Assembly (NCBI GenBank): GCA_009103225.1
Contig: RHPI01002069.1
Span: 1,532,744-1,596,743 of the forward strand
DNA length: 64,000 bases
Reading direction: 5' to 3'
DNA from: Chlorokybus atmophyticus
Lineage: Eukaryota; Plantae; Mesostigma and Chlorokybus algae
Position 1 is the first letter of the stretch. Every line of letters starts with the position of its first letter. The position numbers were made by a program, and so were the translations under genes. The notes below the pieces were generated by a model. It was not told the origin of the DNA. It saw nothing but the letters and a program-made list of their open reading frames with translations, and made no database searches. Positions 48,737 to 61,365 of the stretch are shown piece by piece.

Positions 48737-51146
48737 ATGCTGGCGCGAGGCGTCCGGGTGTACGGGCGGAACAGAGCGCGAGTGCTGTCGTCGTCGCCGC
48801 CGCATTGGCAAGCAGGACTGGGAGGAACAGGCGGAGCAGCAGGCGGCGAAGACGAGCAGAGGGGCGGCGGCACAGAGTCAAGGCGTTGGCTGTCGCTGTC
48901 GTCGTCGTCGCTGCTGACGCCTGCGTCGGCGACTGCGTCTTACGGGCCAGGATTCTGCTTGCGTTCTTCTGCGCATCACCAGCTCGGGCGCTTCAGTAGC
49001 CGGAGTTTTGCGAGCTCCGCCGTCAACGATGACGACACTCAGCTCGCAGTGGTCGACCAGGCGCAGCAGGTGAGATTGGGGAGTTTTTGGCAACATCAGA
49101 GCAATGCTGCTGCATGCACGGTATCATCATCATCATCATCATCATCATCGCACTTCAGTACAGTACATGTCACGAGCCCGTTCAAGTTGCCGTTGAGATA
49201 GGACCCACACGCTCACTAGGCAGCTGCGCGCTCTGCAGAACGACATTGCAGTCTCGCATGCCTGCCTGCCTGCCTGCCTGCCTTCAAAATGCTTACACGG
49301 CACATCGCATGGATTCACATGCATGCACGCATGCACGATGATCCTACCGCAAGCATATCCCGTGTGCTGGCGCAGGTGCAGGATGCGGCTGCGGTGTGGA
49401 GCGACCAGCTGGAGTCGTCGCTGACAGAGGCCGCCGCGGCCGCCTCCCCGCACGTGAACGAGGTGTCCGCCATCGCCGACCAGAGCTGGCTGCCCGTGGT
49501 CGCGCTTCAACAACTCATTGAAGCATTCCACGTATACGCACATTTGCCATGGTACGCACGGTCGCAGTCGTGCATTGTCAACTTCAATGTGCCGTGTGGG
49601 GTGGGAGAGAGAGGGCGAGAGACTGTCTCTGGATGCAGGTGGGGAGCGATAGCGGCGACAACGGTGGCGCTGAGGGCGCTCATGCTCCCGCTCGTCATAC
49701 GGCAAATGAAAGTCACCGCACGCCTCTCGGTGCGTGACACTGCTTTGTGCACCGACGACTGTGTCGTGTTGCTTGTGTCACGGCGCAGCTTGTCGGTTTG
49801 CGATGCTCATGTGGTGGTCCTGCAGTTGATGCGCCCGCAAATGGAGAAGCTCAAGGAAGAGCTCGATGCCGGGGTAAGATGACGATGCTGCCGCTGAACA
49901 CAGTTTGAACGAATTGCTGCAGCTGTGATTCACTTCCAGTACCTAAGAGACTTGTCGTGCAGTTGGCGAGGAAGGACCCGCAGGCGCTTGCAAACTACCA
50001 GACACAGCTCAAGGCGCTGTTTGCCAAGTAAGGCCGATGTATGTCAAAAGCAGCGTCCATGCGTTTTAGCGGATGGATGCTGCTCTAGTTTTCCAGCCAT
50101 GCAATGAAGAGAGCACTGCGCAAAGCATTGCCTCTCACCCGGCATCCGCAACAGGCACCAGGTTTCGCCCTTCAAGATGTTTGGAACCATGATCATTCAA
50201 GCGCCGCTGTTCATATGCTTCTTCCTGGCGGTAAGCGCGTGGTTCTAGCAGTGAGTGGGACGCACAGTGAGTGACTCTGCAACTGAGTGTCCGTGTCACC
50301 ACCTCCACCCTAAATGGGTTTGTGTGGTTGTCAGATCCGTCGCATGGCGGAGGGCATCCCGTCGTTTGCTGAAGGCGGCCCTTGGTTCCTGTCCAACCTC
50401 GCGCAGGCGGACCCCACGTACGTCATGCCGGTGCTGACGGGGATGTCGCTCCTCCTCACGGTTGAGGTATGTCGTTGTCGCGGAGTGCTCAGTACTTGCG
50501 AGACGTGCTGTGTACTGATGTTGTGAAATGTGCACACAAGCTCGGTGCGATGGACGGCATGGAGGGCCAGGCCCCCGAACAGCTGAAGAGGATGAAAAAC
50601 ATGTTCAGAATCATGGCTGTGGCGATGGTCCCGCTCACTGCCAACTTGCCAGCGGTACGTGGGCATGCGAGTTCACACCCAGTCCCCACATCAATACCAG
50701 TGCAAATTGCGAGTGCTCAGCTTTAAGCACCACTTCCCCGCTTGTGCAGGGAATCTTTGCGTACTGGTTGACATCCAACATCTGCTCGCTCGCACAAACA
50801 GCAGGTGCGCCATTTTGGTATTGTTTTCGTGTCACAATTTGCTCAGCAGAACACGCAATCAACCTCAACATCTGTTTGGCACTGCGCAGGGATTCGGTTT
50901 TTGGGGTTGCGTAAAAAGTTTGGCATTCCAGAGACGTCGCACCTGAGCAAAGCCGCCAAGGACGCCGTGCAGTCCACCGTGGCCTTGGCGTCCGCCACCC
51001 CCACCCCCGCGGCCGCAACCGCAGCAGCAGCAGCTACTACTCTCGTGGGACAGCAACAGCAACAGCAACAGCAACAACAACGACAACAGCAGCAGCAGCA
51101 GAGCAGTCGTCAGAACAAAAAGGGCGCGCGTAGGCGAGTTAGGTGA
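48737..51146 (+). CDS. OXA1: Mitochondrial inner-membrane insertase OXA1 (YidC/Oxa1/Alb3 family), about 10 exons
   Basis: Presequence-like Arg/Ser-rich N-terminus. Spliced motifs LQQLIEAFHVYAHLPWWGAIAATTVALRALMLPL..MRPQMEKL..IQAPLFICFFLAIRRMAE..PSFAEGGPWFLSNLAQADPTYVMPVL..PAGIFAYWLTSNICSLAQ, then a polyQ and basic C-tail. Confidence 0.93.
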
Positions 51147-51659
51147 CGCACGATTAGGCATGCAAGGTGTGCGTTGTGAGCATGTTAGGCATATATTGTG
51201 AGCGCATTCGCTCTCAAGGGTTAGAATCTGTTGTAACACCAGTGCAGCGACAAGTGGTGAAGCTGCGCTCATCATACTTGGCAGCAGTGTGCATTGTTTG
51301 AGGATCGCCACCTCCCGATACACCCTATCTGGCAAAGTTTTCAGACGGCGAGTGATGCCCGTGGTAGTAAAGTTAGTCTTAGTTGGCTGTTTGCTGTGAC
51401 AGTAAAACAGCGGTACAAGAAGGTGCAATGGATTACACGCAATGTACATACAATGTGGTGTATGAAGGCGCATGCAACGAACATGCGCGCGAGCAGCATA
51501 TAGCGTGCTGGCAGTCATTGCCATTCAGTAGTTTACCACCGGGCTGACCTATGTGTTGGTGTGATACTGAAAGACATTTCTGTTCCAATGAAAACATTGT
51601 TCCTTGTTGATGTTGGCCTACAAGCTGTTTCGAGACACACAAAGGCAAAGGGAGCCATC

Positions 51660-51880
51660 AGATGCCAAGCCAAACCCTTTGCAAATCGGTCAACACCCGG
51701 CACAAATGAAGATGCACTGGTGTTTGTATTTTACATCAAGTTCAGCAACACATAAGCTCGTGTATTGATTAGATGCTAAGCCAAACCCTCTGCAAATCGG
51801 CCAAGGCCCGGAACAAAAAAAATGAAGATGCATTTACGTTTTGAATTTATACCAAGTTTAGCACATGAGCTCGTGTATTA
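51660..51880. repeat. Two imperfect ~111-bp tandem copies
   Basis: agatgcYaagccaaacccTYtgcaaatcgg...agctcgtgtatt at 51660 and 51771. Confidence 0.85.
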
Positions 51881-51951
51881 ATTGCCCATGCAGATTAGAC
51901 ACGCGTATATGCATATGTTTACATGCACCCACATGTAATATATTGCATGCA

Positions 51952-51952
<1 letters not shown>

Positions 51953-51997
<45 letters not shown>

Positions 51998-52024
51998 NNN
52001 NNNNNNNNNNNNNNNNNNNNNNNN

Positions 52025-52105
<81 letters not shown>

Positions 52106-52116
52106 TCTCTCTCTCT
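51953..52116. repeat. (CT)n microsatellite containing an assembly gap
   Basis: Direct reading. Confidence 0.95.
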
Positions 52117-54251
52117 CGTCTTGCACTAGCAAATCACATCAATTGCACTACAGGCAAACTCCCTTAATTGACCTCCTTTTTACGTTGATGCCACGGATCT
52201 TGCATCTTTACGCCGTCCATTATCCGCTTGGCTTCAATCTCATAAGGAAAGTGCTGCTCAATTTGGATGCATTGCAATCCACGCAACATATCTTGCAAAT
52301 ATTGCTCGAAAGATTGTTATCCACTAGAGACGAGGACCAATTGTATTATTTTAGATATAAAGCTACTGCAGGCAGTCATTGATGGCCACACTCGCACGCC
52401 AATTCGGTCGACGACGACGACAAGCATGCAAATGCTACAACGAATCATGACAAATGACTTGTTGACTCAACACTTCATGTCATACAAGTCATTTGTTTCA
52501 TCTCACTGACTATTAATTGAGTTTAATAAAGATTCAACAACCATTATTACAAGTGGAACAATGCTTTGATATACACGTAAAGTTGTTACAAACAATTGTC
52601 CATTGCCGTAATACGACATACATTGTAGCTTACACTTACGTTGTAAGTTTTGCTAGCCAATACTTCAACTTGTGTGAAAACGAAACATTATGTTAAAATG
52701 AAAATCAACTCGTGTAAAGTTGAATATGTTGTGAAATACGTTGCGATATTACGTCCAAAGAACAATTGCCATTCAAGTTGAATGTTACCGGCATCAACCT
52801 AATGCTTGACCAATTGTTGCGCCAAGTTGATTGAGTTTTCAAGTGAGAAAACTCAAAGCGAGAAATGTCATGCCACTATGTGTCCCACCGTCGGTATGCC
52901 AGCAGTTGGAACTTGTGGCGCAACACCAAAAGTTGCGCCAAATTGCAGCGCCAGAAGCACGAAAGGACGCTCTGTCCTGCATGCCGTGTCCTAGACTGGC
53001 GAGAAGCGGTTTGGACTTTGGATGACGCGTCGGTGACACAGGGCGCGACACCTTGGCGGAAAGCTGCGACAGTCATTTGGCGCTCGTAACGCCCGCAACT
53101 CACTGGCTGAACGCAGGCACAGATGGCGTTAATCTCCCAACGTCACCCGCAGGCCAATAGACTTCCGGAAACCAGCTCCCAACCCGTTCTGCTGCTGGCA
53201 GTTAGGACGGCCTGCCTAACTCAGTGTCAACGGTGCAACCTCCGGGGCTTGGTGGAAGACGCATGCTCCGTGGACCACGGACCGTGGTGCAACTGGCGAC
53301 TCAGCGTCTTGCTGTTATGTGGTACTAGATCTTGTAAGATACCAGGTAGGGCACTAGTGCACTTCCCGCAATCTTTTCAAATAGTTTGCTGTGTCAGCCC
53401 GTGTATCTTTTGCACTCTTCAAGTTACGCGCGCACTGTAGATGTAAAATTGCAAGTATAGCATGAAGCACTGCACAAATACGTGCTGGTGCTAGCAGGTG
53501 ATCCCTGGTCCTTGCTGCTGTTCTCCCCTTCCCCCAACCCCCTCCCTTTCTCACTTGCGTCTAGCTAGTGCACACAGCTAGAATAATGGGCCCCCGCACC
53601 CCGAGTTGTTGCTGCTATGTTATGTGATGCCATGTGCCTTATCTTCAATAAAGGCCCCTTTATCGTTGTGCCTTATATCAAAACGGATGTTTTGGTTGGT
53701 GACAATGTCAATACATTACCTACGAGTGCATTTTGTGCTTTATGGTCAAAAACGATGACGCGCGCAATGTTTACGATTTATGCTAGGCATGCATTGAATA
53801 TGGCATTTACGCCATAATTTCATTAATTTTGTCTTTAATCTACATATGAGCCTGATAGGTAGATCATGAGGCTTTATACATATAGTATAAAATAAACAAA
53901 TAAAGTTGTTGTGAAGATGAAAATCTTACAACATTGCTCACTCGAATCATAGCATTAACAGTCCTTGACTTATATAACCGGTGAAAGGAGTATTAATGAC
54001 AACTGCAAATTGTGTAACATTTGTTAACAAACATTCGCAATATGCTATATTTTTAATCTCATAAGTAGTGTCCTTTAAAGGGTCATCGCACATTTTGCAA
54101 GTAATGGATTGCAATAGACATGCACATACAGTTATAGTATATGTGTTATAACCATACTAGTATTTGAACAACGTCTTTCACAGCTTCAGTAAATAAATCA
54201 TCGAATTACTTTTCGTTAAAAGATTCACAACATATATGCAGCTGTTGCATA

Positions 54252-54312
54252 TGTTGTCATAATATATGACGACATATAAATATATATGTCGTCATATATA
54301 TATGACGACATA
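54252..54312. repeat. Four alternating inverted copies of ATGACGACAT, including a 28-bp perfect palindrome
   Basis: 54285-54312 is self-complementary (t-atgtcgtcat-atatat-atgacgacat-a). Confidence 0.9.
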
Positions 54313-55411
54313 CATGAAAATTGTGGCTCCACATGTAATAGCAACTGCGCTAGCATTGTGTATGGTTACAAGTGGTTACGCTTTCTTTTCATTGTATGTA
54401 TGTCGGATGTCATGTAGTGTACCATGAATGTTAATTTGTATGATGGAGTTTTATAGGAAGTCACTGCAGTCAGGAGAGAGCGAGATTGCCATGACCCATC
54501 AGTGCATGGCCCATGAGTGCAACTAGTTGCAGGCCTTGATACTTCAGCAATGTGGAGCTTGGAGTTTGCCTGAAGTACAAGAGTCAAGCCATCCAGGTCT
54601 GACTGGTTTGGGTGACTGACACTCTGCGGAAGCCATCTCTTGGAGGGGCAGAAGCAGTGAGGATCGTCGGTTAGAACCCATCAGTGACGTAAGGCGACCC
54701 TTGTGCAAGCGGCTGTGTATGTCAATCCACATAGGGGATGGCGACAGGTGATTGACCGAGCACAGGAACAGACAAAATTAACCTCTCCACGTCACCCATG
54801 GAGTTTGTTCATTGCGGAAATCGCCTCCCAAGATCACCGACAGCGCTGCGTACTTGCTGACCTAGGACAGGTGTACTACCCAACTAGTAAAAACTCAATG
54901 CCAAATGCAATAGAGTGAGAGATGCGGTTGGTTGGTCTTCTTATCCCTCCCACATTGCCGCGAAGAAGGGGGTTGGGGTGGTGGTTGGGGTGGGGGTGTT
55001 ATCATCCAATAAAAGGAATTGCAATGGAATAACACGCACCAGAGCGTACAACCAATTTCATGCATGTGGACACTACAGTACTCGATACTTGAGCTTGTGC
55101 GCATCCATGCCATGTATTGCAACACATGAACTCCGTGTCACATGATGATAACATGCACACAACGCAATGCATTTGGATCATTGGCTCATCATGTTTCTAA
55201 ATGGCTACTACGCAGTTGACGCATCGCACAAGCTGTATGATGTTGCTGTCATGTAAGCACAACCATTATTGTATCTCATGATGTTCGTCGCATATGCAGC
55301 TTTGCCCAACGCACATGATGCGCAACTTAACAATGAATTGTGCTTTAAGAGCTAAATTGATGTAAGCTATATGCGTATCATTGAGTGTGGAGCATAAGCA
55401 AATGCAGTACA

Positions 55412-56046
55412 AAGATCATATGCTTAAGTGAAGCGTGCAAATTAATCCACTTAGGTGCCCTTGGCGTGAGGCCCATGCAGCTGATGCATGATAGCGTGCA
55501 TAGTTGAGTGGTTGTGATGCGATACTTTGTTGTTGTATTGAGAATGTGTATAGAAAATGAACGAAGACGTTGTGTACTGGGAAGGCAGCTACGCATGTGT
55601 CGATGTTAGCGTTATGGCTTTGACAAAGATTACATGCTCAAGTGACGCGTGCAAAGTAATCAACTTAGGTGCTCTTGGCGTGAGGCCCATGCAATTGATG
55701 CATGATAGCGTGCGTAGTTGAGTGGTTGTGATGCGCGCTCACTTTGTTGTTGTATTGAGAATGTGTACAGAAAACCGAAGGCGTTATGTACTGGGTAGGC
55801 AGCTACGCATGTGTCTGTGTTAGCATTGTGGCTTTGACAAGATCATATGCTCAAGTGACGCGTGCAAAGCAATCCACTTAGGTGCTCTTGGCGTGAGGCC
55901 CATGCAGCTGATGCATGATAGCGTGCATAGTTGAGTGGTTGTGATACGAGCTTACTTTGTTGTTGTATTGAGAATGTGTACAGAAAGTAGACGTTGTGTA
56001 TTGGGTAGGCAGCTACGCATGCGTCTGTGTTAGCATTATGGCTTTG
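55412..56046. repeat. Three ~213-bp tandem repeats
   Basis: Units start at 55412, 55626 and 55839 (aagatcatatgctcaagtgacgcgtgcaaa...). Confidence 0.92.
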
Positions 56047-56417
56047 CACTGGGTTCTTGTGACGATTAGGCACAATGTATAAAGAGAGATTGGATTTGCA
56101 TGCAGCCAATACACCTTCAGCATTCTCAATCTTCAGACTTATGAACACGCACACACATGCACTGTTTCTGCTGATTCTTGCACTATGGTATGCCTCAAGC
56201 CACGCATGCACGCACGCACCCATGCACCATTGCACATTATGTTGGGTGTTATTAACAACAAGTCTATCAGTAAGAGCAGGCAGGGCTGTCCCAAACGACA
56301 CAAATGCCTGTTACATCGTTGATACACCTCTTAACGAGCTCATTGTCTCAACATCCTGCATTCATATAGAGCACCACCCCCAGCAGCCACATCGGTACTG
56401 AATACGTCTCACTCATG

Positions 56418-59400
56418 TTACAGCGCGAGCAACAAGCCACTGTACAGGATATGCGAGGCAGTATGCTTATGTTGCGGCCGTGCTGACTACTGCCACCCAA
56501 CTAGCCACAGACAAGTATTAGCATGTGTCATGCAAGAACACAGTAGAGGCCACAGAGGAAATCGCAGCATCATGACAAAAATTGCAAATAATGCAACTCG
56601 GTTCATTACATAATCTATCACCTAGGGGGGGCTTATCTAGCAAAGGACGCTCTAGAATGACTTGAGAGTGCATGCTGAGATGATTTGCTCCCAGTACAGT
56701 CGTGACAAGCGCAAGCATTGTCTCCAGCGCGAGGCATATGAATTCCTGAATGCCTGCTGCATAGGCAGAGACTTGCATAAGAGACGAACCTTGCATTGTG
56801 AACCGGTGCCTTAAAATGAAGGTGTTCGCATTGACAGCGTACCTGATGAAGGGCACTTGCAGAGTTGCAAGCCGATTTAACCGCGGCAGATGCCCGCGCC
56901 GCACCCACCACCACACCAGCACCAATGCTCCGCCAACCAACACCAAGAAAGCCAACAACAACCACATAAGATAGAATAGTGTGCCATGCTCCACAACCTG
57001 CATGTGTAACCATAAACTGTCGTCAATGCAGGCGCCGCGGAACTTGGACTGAGAACACACAGTACACGGCAACCCACTCGTGCAGCATCACACAACAACG
57101 CTGTGGCATGGCCTACACACGTTACCTCATAGTGACAAGTAGTTGCGCGGATGCGGTCAAAGTAAGCCTCATCGCATGGGGCGCGCTGAGGGCCGGCAAC
57201 CCTCGCATGAGCAACAACCTCAGAAGCACAGATCGGCACGTGCGGATTGACCGCCAAACCGACAACACGGCCCTTGAGTTGCTTCAAATTGTGCCAATGG
57301 GCACGCGCCGCCTCAAGGGCGAGGGCCGAGTCCGCAATGAGCGGGCCGTTTGGGCTGTGAATCCACCTGTGCTTTAACCTGACGTCCAGAGACATGAACA
57401 CGTTGGCGAGCTGAGCCCGCCACGGGGGCCACTCTTCTTCACCAAGGACCACTACCGATATGAACGCAGCTCTGCCCAACGCCAGGCCGAGCGCCTCCAT
57501 CTGGCGGTAAAAGGTAGATGGGATCGGCACGTGGCCTGCTAGTGTCAGTGCCACAAACACAGTGTCCTTGTCTGTCCACCGCACCGCAGCGGGGCAACTT
57601 TGTTGGGTCCCTTGCGCCGGGTCCGCTGCAAGCATGCGGCCACTGTGCACAGGCTCCCAATGGCATTGTGCCTCGCCGACACAATTTGTTGCTCCGTCCG
57701 GCAGCGGGCAGCACTGCAGCAGCGGCGGTATGGTTGACGGCGCAGGCACGTCCTTAATGGACTTGATGACGCTGTGCAGGTACTGCTCGCCTGACTGGAA
57801 GTAGCTTTTCCACGGGTTTGGAGCAATGCCGATGTCGAACGGCTTGGAGCCGTACTTTGACGGGACACGCTTCTGGCGCGCAAGGTCAATGTCGGCAAAA
57901 ACCGCAGGCTTGTAAGCCACGAGGACACGCGGGTCGATGACCACGCGCGTGTTCAACCCGTACGCTTTCCAGATGTCCTGGCAAAAGAAGGTCATCTCCG
58001 ACGCGGAGCACTCGCCCCGCCACTTTCGCGTGCGAAACCGCGTCTGCTGGTCGTAAAACACCTCCGGCCGTATCGACACCATCCCGTTCCAAGCGCAGTA
58101 CACGGACACAGGCAGTCCCTGCAAAGTGCAAGCGAGAGTTGATAACCGGCAGAAGTGCACAATGGTTTGCCAACTTCACAGCTTACACGCACACATCTGT
58201 TTGGCTTTACAAACATGACGTAGACAAACTCACCTGTTGAAACCGCGCCTGGCTTTCTGAGAGGCGCACGTAAGGCGGGAAGCGATTGATATCGTCTCCG
58301 TTGAGATCTTGGCCTACCCAGATGTCATAATACACAGGGCCCTTCCTTCTCTTCCAGTCAATCTTGTTGATGTCCAGGCCGGCCGCTATGTGCGCGTCGT
58401 GCAACAGCAAAAGCAGCACGTCTTCCGCACAGAAGAAGACATCATTATTGAAAAATACCTGTTACGTACAAGAGATTGGCATAAGTGCATGCACATGTAT
58501 TGCTGCAGGAAGTGATATCTGTGTATAACCACTCACGACTGACTGCTCAACAAACCTTATCAAAACGCATGTGGTGTGCCAAATCAAAGAGGGGGTCGAG
58601 GGCTCGATTGCGGACGCGAGCCAGGAACTCGATGCGCGGGGCGCCTTCCGCCCGCATATCCGTGGAGTTGCTCACGATCAGATGCGACACGCGCCTCTTA
58701 TCCAGCAGCGAATGCAGGCCGGAAATAACCTCGGCGGTCTTGTCCGTGCTGCCGCTTTCATATACGGACACAAACACCTTGCCGGGGTCCAGCCACGATA
58801 TCACTCGCAGGAGCTCCGTCGCCAAATGAGGAGAAACTTCCTGATTCTGGTGCAAATTCATAGCAAAGAATACGCTCCATGACTGAAGCTCAGCTCCGAC
58901 CAAGCTCTCAAGTCCCTTTGCCCAATGTCGAGAACACACGGCCTGAGTGTCGCGATAGCTGGCACTGTACGACGCCAGATCGTCAGCCTTCAACTGCATG
59001 CCAAACATGCGCACAACATCAGTTGCAATGCATGTGGACATACAAGTACTGAATAAGTACCACACAATTGTGGCTTACTACACCATCAGCGTCATGCACT
59101 CACCGCGCGGCTGGGATGCAAGTCGAAGCCAGCATGCTCATCTAATGACTCGTCCAGCTCCAGATGCTCGTCCCCTTTCAACACGGCACTCACGCCCCTG
59201 GCACCGGCATGATGATCGACAAACGAGCTCTTGAAAGTCTGTACTGTCGGCCCGGGCCTGAGACAAGCCAACCAATCAGTGCATGATGGAGAGATGCTCA
59301 ATTGCAATTGAACTGCATTTGGATACTGACCTGGGGACGGTTATTGTCAACCGTTGGAAGGTAATGGAGACCGCAAAGAATAGCAACATCGCACACAAGA

Positions 59401-59710
59401 GAATGCTTGCAAATGCAATCTGCACGCAGGCGCTGCCACGAACAGAATGTCCCCGCGCGCGCTTGTCCAGACGCAGCGGCAACGCGTGGTTACCATTTTG
59501 CTCAGGCCGGTGGGAAGGTTTTTCATCCTCTGAGAGCAAGGTACACGTAATCACTCGGATTGCGCTGCCTGTGCTTGTGTTCATGGTGTGATGCTTTGTA
59601 CGTGATAAACATGTTCAGCACGAATGCCAACAACACATCAAACAACCTGCTCACCTGTGAACCCGTTTAAGATGGGGTGGCTGGCATTCCGTGGAAAGCC
59701 CCTACCCCAT
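56418..59710 (-). CDS. CAP59/CMT1-like (GT69) glycosyltransferase with an N-terminal signal anchor and a C-terminal TM helix; multi-exon
   Basis: VFFAMNLHQNQ..VFVSVYESGSTDKT..RIEFLARVRNRALDPL..VFFNDVFFCAEDVLLLL..AAGLD..YYDIWVGQDLNG..VSVYCAWNGMV..ECSASE..FCQDIW..VVIDPRVLVAY matches CAP59_mtransfer motifs. TM IAFASILLCAMLLFFAVSITF near 59400 and TM LFYLMWLLLAFLVLVGGALVLVWWW near 56950. First and last exons are uncertain. Confidence 0.85.
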
Positions 59711-61365
59711 CGCATGATATACCGGCCCGACAGCAGTTGTCGGCCAGGTCAAGGTGAACTCTACCCGTCACTTTACTGTCATCCTTGCAACCTATTGTTT
59801 AACCCCAATCATAAGTTGATGACGGATGTTCTTGACACAGTGTGAGGAACTCACATGGCAAGTGCATTACGCTCACCCAACTGAACACTTGCTCGATCGC
59901 ATGCACATATAACCTGCTTAGTTGCCAAGGCAGCAGAATGCAAGCGTGCTTGGCGTTCCAGATGGTGCCAATATAATATAGCCTGAGTAAAACCCACGAA
60001 CGGACAAGTACACTGCGGCTAATAAGAAAACGTGTAGTGTGCAAAAAGCACACTGCTTTCTACAGCAGACATGCTGGTCTGAAACCCAAACGGACGACAC
60101 AGTCAACATTTAATGTGGTGTCACTATCAGCATTCAAACGTGAAGGTTTTGCCGGACTTGTGTGAGTCACTACATGTTTTCCGGTGCAAAAGGAGAGACA
60201 CCAAGGACATATTGTTGCGCTCTACTGCATTCGTGTAACTTCAACCCTGGATGCTGTTGAACCGAGTGGAGTTGGAAACAAGGTTGTGGCATGCCTGCAC
60301 GCCAGCAGTGCAGCTATGCTGGTCACTGTGTGGAGACTGGGGAGAGACTCTGCATTTTTGTGTTGATATTTAGGCAAAGTTAAGGTGGAGCAAACCAACA
60401 ATACATACACCTCCACGCAACTTACGTCCTACATTTCAGTCGGCTCTCACACAGGTAAACCGCGTCATAGGCTAAACAGACAAACCACAGCTGGGCACCG
60501 CATGCACGCGAAAGACGCCGGCTGACCAGTGACCAAGCAAACGGCGCGTGCCTTGTCCATACATGCAAGCAATGACGGTACCTAACGTGGTAGGCTCGTC
60601 GTCCTTCACCCCGCCGGCGCACGCCCACTCACACAGGAATATCAAGCATGCGGCGGTAGCAACCGCCTCCTCCGCGGCTGTGCCAGGCAGGCAGGCAGGC
60701 AGGCCTCTCTGCTCCTACGCACCGCCCGTTCCACTCCAGCCCCGCTGCACAGCAAATGGCAAGTCCAAGCAGCCGCGGCTAGCCTCCTTCGGTCAGCGTC
60801 GTCGGTCGGCAGCTCAGTCCCGCCGCCGCCGCCGCCGCCGCCAAGTTTCCGCACGCCACTTGACTGTGCCTGCGGCGGGCGCGTGTGTCCGAACCCAAAC
60901 ACAGTCACAGAAGCACCACTGCTGCCGTGTGCTGTGCCAGCCAGCACCAAAGGAGAGGCTTCCTCGAAGATCCCCACTGGCCCCCACCAACTCAGCACCA
61001 AACAGCCCATCGCATTGGATTGGATCCTGTGCAAAACACAAACTTGAATCATCAAGGCTTGCTGAGCGCGGGAAACTTTGCCCGGGAAAAGGGGGGGTTT
61101 TCAGCGCCGACGTTTTGCTTTGCGTGTCGGTGGTCGGCGTAGCCGCACATGGCGGGCGGCGGCGGCGGTGGTGGCGGCGGCGGTGCGGGGTGACGCGCTG
61201 CGCCCGAGCGAGGGACGCGCCAAGGAGGCCAACCATGGGGGTGAGCTGCACTGCAACGACTGTCTGTTGTGCCACGCGTAGCTAGACAGCTAAGCGCTGC
61301 GTTCATTCATTGTCGTCGATGGCCGTGATTGGTGACTGTCGTTGGCCTGGTGGTTGAGGCAGACG

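Noticed and set aside
53060-53330. Structured ncRNA (SRP, RNase P or snRNA) in a GC-rich patch
   Set aside because: No diagnostic conserved motifs were recognised; an Infernal/Rfam search is needed.
54480-54900. LINE restriction-like endonuclease fragment (DLDGLTLVLQANSKLHIAEVSRP)
   Set aside because: Only a weak PD-(D/E)xK resemblance, with no RT nearby.
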